A stretch of 64,000 nt of DNA from Candidatus Saccharimonadia bacterium. GTDB lineage: Bacteria > Patescibacteriota > Saccharimonadia > Saccharimonadales > 2-12-FULL-41-12. Positions 45,031 through 53,260 of this stretch are shown in pieces. The number at the start of each line of letters is the position of its first letter. Position 1 is the first letter of the stretch. The DNA lies in NCBI GenBank assembly GCA_963717365.1, contig OY970327.1, positions 523,599 through 587,598 of the forward strand, in the 5' to 3' direction. Made by a program: the position numbers and the translations under genes. The notes below the pieces were generated by a model. That model was not told the DNA's origin, did not search any database, and saw only the letters and a list, made by a program, of their open reading frames with translations.

Positions 45031-45492
45031 CTAATACTTTGAGAAGTCTATTTCCCGACTGCCGTCTTCAGGAAAATTAACTTCATCGAAGATCACATAT
45101 TTTTTTGGCTTGAATTGATACATTTGGTGCTGATTCTTGCCGGCAATAAAATTATCATAAAAAAGTTTGCCACTACCGTATTTTTCTGTGTATTTTTTCA
45201 TTACCGTCTTGATGATCGAGTGATTATCTACCGTCTCCGCAGTACCTTCGGCTTGAACGCCGATAACTGGCAGATCAAATTTTATTGGTACAGTAACTGC
45301 AACTTGCGGTTGCTCTGCGATATCACGACTATGCCGTCGGCTTGGTAGGCTCAGCCAATAAATATTCATTTTATCGTCGGTGACGTAAAACACCGTACAT
45401 ATCCAAGGCTTTCCTTTTGATACTGTTGCCAGCTGCATTACGTTGCCATCAAGTAAATACTTATTTAGGAGTGTTCTGGATTCAATTTTCAT
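45031..45492 (-). CDS. pyridoxamine 5'-phosphate oxidase-like FMN-binding protein
   Basis: The split-barrel pattern NVMQLATVSKGKPWICTVFY...YWLSLPSRRHSRDIAEQPQVAVTV. Its start overlaps the stop of the upstream NUDIX gene (ATGA). Confidence 0.6.
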   Translation of the reverse strand: MKIESRTLLNKYLLDGNVMQLATVSKGKPWICTVFYVTDDKMNIYWLSLPSRRHSRDIAEQPQVAVTVPIKFDLPVIGVQAEGTAETVDNHSIIKTVMKKYTEKYGSGKLFYDNFIAGKNQHQMYQFKPKKYVIFDEVNFPEDGSREIDFSKY

Positions 45493-46046
45493 AGCTCAAT
45501 TGTATCCAATGCCAGTAATTCAACAAGCGTAGTTACTTGATCCATAACCGATAACGACATGAACTTATTCCCTGCTGACAATTCTTTGGCTCGTTCAAAA
45601 CTTACTAATTCGGTAGTTATTATTTCACCAGGGTCTTGTTTTGGTTCAATTTGCTCTATTAAGTCAGTCGCCACAAACCGGTAAATCCACCAGTCCAATT
45701 TAGTATCTCCCAAATCATCAATAGCGACTAGTTTGAAGGTTTTAAAACGCATGCCGGTTTCTTCCAGCAATTCCCGCCGCGCGGTTTGCAGCGGCGTTTC
45801 GCCGGGATCCATCACTCCTCCGGGAAAGGCTATTCGCTCCTCGCCGCGCGGCTGTTTTTCATCGATAATAACTAGTTGGTCGTTAATAATTGGAATCACA
45901 CTAACCGCATCAGTGTGTTTTGCCATTTCAAATGTGGTCATGCTACCGTCGAACAGCTCTTGCTGCCACTGATATATATCATATGCAACACCGCTAAAAA
46001 CTTTAGTGGCGTCACTTGGCAAACGAGTTGGAAGCTTCATATTCAA
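45489..46046 (-). CDS. NUDIX hydrolase (ADP-ribose pyrophosphatase-like)
   Basis: Nudix box GGVMDPGETPLQTARRELLEETGM. Confidence 0.8.
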   Translation of the reverse strand: MNMKLPTRLPSDATKVFSGVAYDIYQWQQELFDGSMTTFEMAKHTDAVSVIPIINDQLVIIDEKQPRGEERIAFPGGVMDPGETPLQTARRELLEETGMRFKTFKLVAIDDLGDTKLDWWIYRFVATDLIEQIEPKQDPGEIITTELVSFERAKELSAGNKFMSLSVMDQVTTLVELLALDTIEL

Positions 46047-46049
46047 GAT

Positions 46050-46631
46050 TTAAGCCGGTTTTTGGGTCGGCCGACCACCTTTTTTAGTGTGCCGATATTC
46101 TAATTGTCTACGCTGAAGATCAAGCCGTTCAATATAGTCATTATATTCGCGCAGCAAGCTAGAGTATTGCCGGTTGGGAGCTAAGATTTTGAGTAATTTT
46201 CCTTGTTTTTCTAAATATTCAATTAAACAATAGAAGTCGCCGTCGCCGGAAACGATAACCGCTTTATCATAGTCGTTATAAGTAATCATGGCGTGCAGCA
46301 CCAGTTCAGCGTCAATATTGCCTTTGACGGGCTTCTTTTCCTCGGGTTTTTCGTCAGGAGCGGACTCTTCCGATTGTTCCGGACGCGGTCTGGTCATATC
46401 AAAGGTGGGCTTCAGTACAATCGAATAACCGTTTTCGTGCAGCTTCTCATACATGTCCTCAAACTCAGGCACATAGCCAATAAACATGAAAGCCCGATCC
46501 ACGCCGTACTTTTCCGTTAAGAATTTATGAAATTTTACCCAGTTCATCTTCCAGCCCAGTTTTTGAATGCTAATATTCAGGTTCTGGCTGTCAATAAATG
46601 CGTAGACCCTTGGCTTCTTCCCATCTTCCAT
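46050..46631 (-). CDS. NYN (LabA/DUF88-like) domain protein, putative RNase
   Basis: VYAFIDSQNL...AVIVSGDGDFYCLIEYLEKQGK pattern, with an acidic insert. Confidence 0.65.
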   Translation of the reverse strand: MEDGKKPRVYAFIDSQNLNISIQKLGWKMNWVKFHKFLTEKYGVDRAFMFIGYVPEFEDMYEKLHENGYSIVLKPTFDMTRPRPEQSEESAPDEKPEEKKPVKGNIDAELVLHAMITYNDYDKAVIVSGDGDFYCLIEYLEKQGKLLKILAPNRQYSSLLREYNDYIERLDLQRRQLEYRHTKKGGRPTQKPA

Positions 46632-46706
46632 GCCTTAATCATACCATTCTAGGCTATAGATAGCTCTGTTGTTTAAATATTAGCCGGATAGACAAGAGCC
46701 GGAGCG

Positions 46707-48215
46707 CTATTTCCCTGTTAATCTAGGGTTGTTAAAGCCATTAATAAGCCGAGTAAATTCAGCAGCATCTTCTCCAGACGGCAGCTGGTTGCCAAGCTTT
46801 CCGGCGGGGTCATACACAAAACTTATGATTTCACTTAGCGGCATGCCAGCAAGAGCATCGGGTACGGCAGATATCTTTGCCTGGTAGTTATCACCTACCT
46901 GTTCTACTACCATTTCACCTCGCACGCTGCCCCGAGTAGTGACCATGGCTACGTCATGGACCGTTCCGGTATATACATAATTCAGGACTCTTTCTCCAAG
47001 AAGCTGGACCAGACGCTCTTGTTTTGAGCATTCCGGAGATAAACGTTCTTGAATTTTTTCTGGTATTTTGTGGGTTCTCAATAGAAAAACTGCCGGTCCA
47101 ATTTTTGACCCAATAAGCTGCTTGAACTCTTCTTCAATACTAGTGTCAGTCAGGGTGATTATCGCCATCAAAGATTTATATTTATCCGCGTAGCTCATAT
47201 CGTTCGCGTCTACAAAACAAACCTCTTTCGTTTTAGGAAAAAATTCAATAATTGGAAACGCGACATTATTTCGGGTCACTGCGCTCAGCGTAATTGGTAC
47301 ATTTTCTCCATGTTCAGTAACCGGCTGAGAAATTTTTAAGGCTACCGAGTATGTATTGTCGTCGTAATTTACTACGCTTCTACCAGGTAATCCCTTCGTT
47401 TTTATATTGTTGACGTGTTGTGGATCGCCATCAGGCACTACGTCTATCTGATGGAAAACAGAATTCGTGTCACTGAGACTAGAACCAAAGTAAATCGCCA
47501 GCCAAGCCCCTAACGCCGTAGTTAGTTGTTCGCTATTGCGCAGCCGTTCGCTATGCACAAATTCACTAATAGCAGCACTTACTTCCGGCTTACCGTTATC
47601 TTTACGTATTAGCTTTCGCAAGCTCTCTATTAATTCTAAGCGCTGAGTCTGCTCGTCATCCTGTACGGCAAAGACTGAATCATCGGTAATCTCCTGGCCA
47701 ACTTGGACATATGAGCATGAGCCGTCAATCCGCGGTTCAAACGCGGCAACTGGCATTAAAACTCGGCCGCCAGCTACCATATCTGCCAGCCAGATGTCAC
47801 CAGGTACTTTTTTTGTGAAGATAGCTGGTTCCTTTGTTTTTCTTTTGAGACGACCTTTTTTGACTTCTACAATCCGAACTTCTGGTTCTTCATTCTTAAA
47901 GTTCTGTACCAGCATAAACGGCATGTTAGTCGTTTCCACTTGTTGCCGGCTGTAGCGGTCAATATAGCCACGTCGATATGCTATTTGAGTTGCCGCGCAG
48001 AGCTGTGATATGGGCACCGTCATACCACTTACTACTACTCGTTCTTCCAGTGCACCTATCGCCAAGATATTATCCGCTGCGTGTTTCATTGAATTTACAG
48101 CGACACGCGACAATTCAGCGGCCGCCACGCTGCATGGCCCGTATTCCAAGTTTAGCGCGGCACCAAGCAACGAACGATGCGCTTCCGGCGTTTCAGGAGC
48201 TCTCTCAATTGACAT
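46707..48215 (-). CDS. hypothetical protein (502 aa, cytoplasmic, no motif recognised)
   Basis: Long uninterrupted ORF. TAAAGT (48223-48228, minus sense) lies 7 nt upstream of the ATG. Confidence 0.5.
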   Translation of the reverse strand: MSIERAPETPEAHRSLLGAALNLEYGPCSVAAAELSRVAVNSMKHAADNILAIGALEERVVVSGMTVPISQLCAATQIAYRRGYIDRYSRQQVETTNMPFMLVQNFKNEEPEVRIVEVKKGRLKRKTKEPAIFTKKVPGDIWLADMVAGGRVLMPVAAFEPRIDGSCSYVQVGQEITDDSVFAVQDDEQTQRLELIESLRKLIRKDNGKPEVSAAISEFVHSERLRNSEQLTTALGAWLAIYFGSSLSDTNSVFHQIDVVPDGDPQHVNNIKTKGLPGRSVVNYDDNTYSVALKISQPVTEHGENVPITLSAVTRNNVAFPIIEFFPKTKEVCFVDANDMSYADKYKSLMAIITLTDTSIEEEFKQLIGSKIGPAVFLLRTHKIPEKIQERLSPECSKQERLVQLLGERVLNYVYTGTVHDVAMVTTRGSVRGEMVVEQVGDNYQAKISAVPDALAGMPLSEIISFVYDPAGKLGNQLPSGEDAAEFTRLINGFNNPRLTGK

Positions 48216-48366
48216 AAATCATACTTTACTACATAAGTGATATGTTGTAAATAATATTTGTTAGGATAATAGACTTTGAGATGAAAGCGTATTTCTCAAG
48301 TGTTACGTATTAGTGGCCGCCCGTGCCTACCATGGTCTTTACTAACAGTGTTTACGCTGTGCTTAA

Positions 48367-49736
48367 CTATAAACTCAGCTGGGAACTTAGGCTATCAATT
48401 GAGACGCGCTGCTGCTTGGTAGTGTCGCGATTGCGAACGGTTACCGTATTATCTTCTAGGGTATCGAAGTCAACTACCACGCAGTACGGCGTGCCAATCT
48501 CATCCTGGCGTCGGTAGCGCTTACCGATATTGCCATTGTCGTCCCATATGACATTGCCGAATTCTTTTTTTAGACCTACATAAACTTCGCGAGCTTTTTC
48601 AACCAGTTCTGGCTTATTTTTAAGCAATGGTGAGACTGTCACACGGGTTGGTGCCAAATGTGTTGGTAACTTTAGATAAATACGTTTTTCGCCGTTTACC
48701 TCATCTTCGGTATAGGCACTTGTGAGCACTGCCATTACAGCCCGCTCTACGCCAAAGCTTGGTTCGATTACATGAGGTACAAATTTTTCTGTTGAGCCCT
48801 TAATTGTATATTCCATATTCTTACCAGACACTCGTTGGATGTTTCCTAGATCAAAATCTGTGCGGTATGCCAGTCCAAGCAGTTCATCACGGCCAATTGG
48901 AAAATCAAATTCAAAATCAATCGTACGCTTGCTGTAATGGGCACGATCTTCTTCTGGAACCTCTAGTTCGTGGATTGCTTCTTTTGGTAAACCAATAGCT
49001 TCGCACCATTTCCAGACGGCGGTTCGCCAAGCTTCAAAGGCTTCTTCCCATTTATCTGGATGGACAAAATATTCTATTTCCATTTGCTCAAATTCGCGTG
49101 AGCGAAAGATAAAATCGCGTGGACTAATTTCATTACGAAATGCTTTCCCTTGCTGGGCGATACCAAATGGAAGATCCGGATAAAAACAATCTACTACGTT
49201 TTTATAATTGGTGAATATACCTTGTGCAGTTTCTGGACGAAGGTATGAGGTTGCACTGGATGCGTACTCTATTGCCGTGTCATATTCGTGTCTGTTCGAT
49301 CAGTCAAGGATAGTTTGTGGTCTACTCTAAAGTTAGGACCAACCACCGTCTGAAACATCATATTGAACTGCCGCGCTTCTCCAAAAGTATTTAATTTTCC
49401 GCAAGCCGGACATTTACTTGTATCGATTTTGTCTTCCCTGAAACGGGCTTTGCAGTTTAAGCATTCCACCAGCGGATCAGTAAATGTATCAACGTGACCG
49501 CTTGCTTGCCAAACTTTCTGATTCATTAGAATTGCCGCATCAACGCCAAACATATCTTCACGGTCATCTACAAACATTTCCCACCACAAGCTCATAATAT
49601 TGCGCTTTAAGGTAACACCGAGCGGACCATAGTCCCAAGTTCCCGAAAGCCCGCCGTATATTTCCGAGCCTTGATAAATAAAGCCGCGACGCTTACATAG
49701 ACTAACAATATCTTCCATTCGCACTTCTTTGCTCAT
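48367..49736 (-). pseudogene. glyQS: glycyl-tRNA synthetase (dimeric class II GlyRS) interrupted by a frameshift
   Basis: The N-terminal 155 codons (49736-49269) end in ...FNMMFQTVVGP plus 21 off-family residues and TAG. The -1 frame is open from 49299 and reads ...ASSATSYLRPETAQGIFTNYKNV...FRNEISPR..., joining the 48367..49083 ORF. Confidence 0.8.
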
Positions 49737-49792
49737 AATGAGTTCATTATAACAGTTCGCCCCTGTTTGTCATTATGAGATTCAATTAATCA

Positions 49793-50467
49793 TTACAGTT
49801 CGGTGGCGTTTGTGCGCAACAAGGTTTGTGTGAGCGACTGCAAGCGATCTTCCGAACCAAGTTCATTTTGGATACGCGGCGGCTTGGGATGAACCATACA
49901 TAAACGAAGGATTTTTAAATCATCTTTGGTAAACGCGCCGTCGCTAACTGATATGAATTGTTGCCGGTCGTGATCAAATTCAAAGGCTTCGGCTACCTCA
50001 GCCGTCTCCAGCCGTAAGTTGGGCTGACTGCCCGACAAATGCAAAATATGCAGATTAAACCAAATATCAACAATTCTTGGATCATAGTCTGGATTATTTA
50101 ATGAAGTTAATGAAGTTGCTAGTAAAGGGTAATATTCCTGGCCGCTGCGGCCGTCGGCGATGCTGTTAATTGCTTTGATATGGGCAAAAGCTCGTTGCAT
50201 CCGGGTCATGTCTTTAACTAATTCTCCAAAATGAGTGTGCAGTCGAGCAGACGTCAGTGTCATCATGTTTGACCTACCTTCTACTAGGCTTACATCTGAC
50301 TCGCTCAGCAGTTCAATACCTCCAGCTAGCCGACTTTTCTGACTCCGTACCCCTTTTGCCAATACAGACACTTTACCCAGACGCAAACACAGCAATGTCA
50401 GGATACGATCACGTTCACCATAATCAATTCTGGATAATATAATGGCGCGGTCTTTATGTTGTTTCAT
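49793..50467 (-). CDS. recO: DNA repair protein RecO
   Basis: OB-fold N-terminus AIILSRIDYGERDRILTLL...AKGVRSQKSRLAG. Confidence 0.75.
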   Translation of the reverse strand: MKQHKDRAIILSRIDYGERDRILTLLCLRLGKVSVLAKGVRSQKSRLAGGIELLSESDVSLVEGRSNMMTLTSARLHTHFGELVKDMTRMQRAFAHIKAINSIADGRSGQEYYPLLATSLTSLNNPDYDPRIVDIWFNLHILHLSGSQPNLRLETAEVAEAFEFDHDRQQFISVSDGAFTKDDLKILRLCMVHPKPPRIQNELGSEDRLQSLTQTLLRTNATEL

Positions 50468-50486
50468 GAACGAATTAACAATTTCA

Positions 50487-50867
50487 TCAAGTACGATCTT
50501 CGATTTGCTGCAAAACTGCCTTCAGCTGGTGGAGTCTGGCTGTCGGTTTATATAAATAGTCAATTACGCCAGACTTGTGCCACTCGGCTCGGGATAGGCC
50601 AGTATCTTCGGGTGCGATCTGACTGTAAATAACAACCGGCACGCTCATCCAATCTGGGTACGAACGGAATTCTTGCAAAAACTCAACACCGTTGTGACGG
50701 GACATTGCGAGTTCCAGAACTACTGCGTCCGGCCGCTGGCTATCAGCCTGAGAAATAGCTTGCTGTGCATCGGAAGCGTAATTCACCGTTGTTTCATCGC
50801 TTTCAATAAAATGACCGATCGTACTTGCCAGTGCTTCATCAGGTTCTACAAGTAATATATGTTTCAT
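50487..50867 (-). CDS. receiver-domain protein with Glu at the phospho-acceptor position (pseudo-receiver)
   Basis: Receiver fold (ILLVEPDE...VVIYSQ...YLYKP), but the DxxMP position reads VVLELAMS. Confidence 0.7.
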   Translation of the reverse strand: MKHILLVEPDEALASTIGHFIESDETTVNYASDAQQAISQADSQRPDAVVLELAMSRHNGVEFLQEFRSYPDWMSVPVVIYSQIAPEDTGLSRAEWHKSGVIDYLYKPTARLHQLKAVLQQIEDRT

Positions 50868-50876
50868 GGGTAAAAT

Positions 50877-51641
50877 TTATATCAGTGAAAGCTGCTCGCT
50901 GCGTGGCAGCTCTGTGACTAAGCCGTTCAATTTACCCATATGCTTAACGTGGAGGGCGCCACCAATTGCCCGACATAAACCGTCAGCAATCGCCAAAGAA
51001 ACATGCGCGCTACTGCCGGCGCGGCCCAGCGGCAAATGCGCTCTGCCCTGCAGCTCAAGTGCTTGACTGATATCGGACTGCGACAGGGGCGCGGCACTGA
51101 ACATACCAATACCAATGGCGCCACGGCGGGTTTTATAGCTCCGCAGTATTACTTCCGGATGAGCAGCAGAAGACTGACGATTTGTTTTCTGCAAATCAAG
51201 CAGGGTCTTTCCGAATACTTGTAAAATTGCAGCTAAAGCTGGCTTGTGTGACATGACTGGTTCTTGGGTGCGATTATCTATAACAAAAGAAATATTCTGG
51301 CCGACAGTCTGACCTTCCATTGAATGGAGCGTATCGTACATAACCGCCCCTGTATTTACTGGTGATAGGTTCAGCGACAGTTGGCCATACTCGGTCTGGG
51401 CGGTTAGTAGATAACTGTCTATCAGTTGTAGTGTTTGCTCGGCGGTTTGCTGGATGGTAGCAAATTCAGATACGTTCCCTGCTTCGGCTTGCCGGGCAAT
51501 ACGGATCAGCGGCTGCTTAAGCTCATACGTCAATGCCTGCAGCAAACGGTCCTGGCCGGCGGCTGGCTGTAAATCCTCAAATTGCTGACTGGTATCATTA
51601 CCCAAAATGCAGACTCCGTTACCCTCGTCACTTCTTAACAA
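50877..51641 (-). CDS. cytoplasmic histidine-kinase-like protein lacking the phospho-acceptor His (H-box LTYELKQPL)
   Basis: DHp-like and HATPase-like regions are present. The G2 box is degenerate (GSSAHVSLAIADGL). The start is uncertain: TTG at 51641, or TTG at 51605 preceded by GGAG. Confidence 0.6.
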   Translation of the reverse strand: MLRSDEGNGVCILGNDTSQQFEDLQPAAGQDRLLQALTYELKQPLIRIARQAEAGNVSEFATIQQTAEQTLQLIDSYLLTAQTEYGQLSLNLSPVNTGAVMYDTLHSMEGQTVGQNISFVIDNRTQEPVMSHKPALAAILQVFGKTLLDLQKTNRQSSAAHPEVILRSYKTRRGAIGIGMFSAAPLSQSDISQALELQGRAHLPLGRAGSSAHVSLAIADGLCRAIGGALHVKHMGKLNGLVTELPRSEQLSLI

Positions 51642-51705
51642 GATTATAGCACGGCCGATGGCTGTAATAACGATGTGTAATCTACTGAATTACTAAACTT
51701 TGTAC

Positions 51706-52368
51706 TTATGGACTAAAGCTAAAGCTGGGAATAATAATTGCATTAAAATCATTGATGCGATCCTTAGACTCGGCAGATATTTTGATAGTTTTATCACGAA
51801 GTGGTAAGAAAATAGTGGAGCCTACTTTACTCTGGTCAATTTGACCGTCAGCTCGTAATCCTACTACCGAAGGAACCTTAGCCAAGGCAAATGCGGCTAC
51901 CGTTACTTTTCCGCTCCTTATAACCGGATCTAGTTGTTGTAGTGATGTGTCATAGGGTGTATTTAGGACTTCTATTTTTAACGAATATGCCGTAGCCGGA
52001 TTAGCTGAGACAAGTTCCGGTTGCATAAGTACAATCAAGGAGTTATTCTGCTCATTTTCATAAACACTCCATGTTTTAGGGTATTGAAACGAATAACTGC
52101 CATATTGTGCCGGACTGCTGTAGGTTTTATAGGGATTTTTCTCTCGTTCAAGGAATTCATTGTCTTTTTCGGTTTTAGCCCGGTCTACCGCTACCTCGAC
52201 TGCGCCGGCAACTTTTTCATCAAAATTGGTCTTATAGTCTTGCGCTTGTACGTATGCCCAGGCGCCAAAGCCAAGTGCACCAACCAGTAATGTACCGCTA
52301 ATAATAAGCGGAATAACCAATACATTCATTATGCCAGCTTCAGATTTTCTGAGGTTCATAATGCTCAT
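51706..52368 (-). CDS. hypothetical membrane-anchored protein
   Basis: TM helix VLVIPLIISGTLLVGALGFGAWAY. The ORF-track start at 52461 lies inside the inverted repeat, so the ATG at 52368 is preferred. Confidence 0.5.
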   Translation of the reverse strand: MSIMNLRKSEAGIMNVLVIPLIISGTLLVGALGFGAWAYVQAQDYKTNFDEKVAGAVEVAVDRAKTEKDNEFLEREKNPYKTYSSPAQYGSYSFQYPKTWSVYENEQNNSLIVLMQPELVSANPATAYSLKIEVLNTPYDTSLQQLDPVIRSGKVTVAAFALAKVPSVVGLRADGQIDQSKVGSTIFLPLRDKTIKISAESKDRINDFNAIIIPSFSFSP

Positions 52369-52375
52369 GGTAACG

Positions 52376-52541
52376 TAAAGCCGTCCCAAAACAAAATCTG
52401 CTTTTATAAATTGATGGATCGGTGAGTTAAAAATGCTTATTTCTAATTGAAGTATATCCATAGATATGCTGAGTGAAGAATAAGCATTTTTAGCCGCCGG
52501 GACGCAATTTAGAATGTAGATTTTGTTTTGGGACGGCTTTA
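52376..52541. repeat. 166-bp nested perfect inverted repeat
   Basis: The outer 24-bp arms are 52376-52399 and 52518-52541. The inner 14-bp arms are 52428-52441 and 52479-52492. Confidence 0.85.
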
Positions 52542-52544
52542 ACT

Positions 52545-53024
52545 TTAATATTGATACAAGTAGATGCCCGCTTTAGAGCGAACTGTTTTCTTACCGGGAA
52601 TTTTGAAGGCGAAACTTGCCAGTTTTGTGCCGGAACGTAGCTCTTTTTGCATTTTTTTATCAAGCTGGCTCATAAATCTATCCAATAAAAACACGAATAC
52701 GCCGTCAGCTTGCTGTAGGTTTGCTGACCAAAAATTACCGCATACCACACGTACTTGTTTGCGATATTTCCAGGTATACAGCCGAGCAGTAACAGCTAAC
52801 AATGGATTCAGTTCGTAGCCAACGGCTAGCCAGCCACGCTCAGCGGCTTGCTTCAGTACCCGCCCATCGCCGCAGCCCAGTTCATACATTGTTTGTCCCG
52901 GTTTCAAATTCAATAAATCAAGCGCTGCTTGAGTTTGCATGCGTTTGGTAGGTAAATACGGAGCGCCAAATAATAGTACGAATCCGAACAGACCGACCAC
53001 ACTAATTGCCAGCAGCATCAACAT
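52545..53024 (-). CDS. membrane-anchored class I SAM-dependent methyltransferase
   Basis: N-terminal TM helix. Motif I MYELGCGDGRVL. Confidence 0.7.
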   Translation of the reverse strand: MLMLLAISVVGLFGFVLLFGAPYLPTKRMQTQAALDLLNLKPGQTMYELGCGDGRVLKQAAERGWLAVGYELNPLLAVTARLYTWKYRKQVRVVCGNFWSANLQQADGVFVFLLDRFMSQLDKKMQKELRSGTKLASFAFKIPGKKTVRSKAGIYLYQY

Positions 53025-53029
53025 GGTGC

Positions 53030-53236
53030 TTAGCCGACTTTTTTAATATCAATGTTAGTTTGTTTTGAAATATTCTTTAAATACGCACCGAGTTGGATTA
53101 ATATTTTCTGCCCTTCAGCATGTAGTTTCACGGCTTCGTCAACATCCGTATCTTCATGCTGTAACTGCGTCAGAACGTTATCTAAAGCTTGTTTAAGTTC
53201 TTGGTATGACTGTGTGGATGCATTCATTTTCTTCAT
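53030..53236 (-). CDS. xseB: exodeoxyribonuclease VII small subunit
   Basis: 68-aa helical protein (SYQELKQALDNVLTQLQHEDTDVDEAVKLHAEG), immediately downstream of xseA. Confidence 0.8.
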   Translation of the reverse strand: MKKMNASTQSYQELKQALDNVLTQLQHEDTDVDEAVKLHAEGQKILIQLGAYLKNISKQTNIDIKKVG

Positions 53237-53260
53237 AGTAGTTCCCTCTGGTTCATTTTA

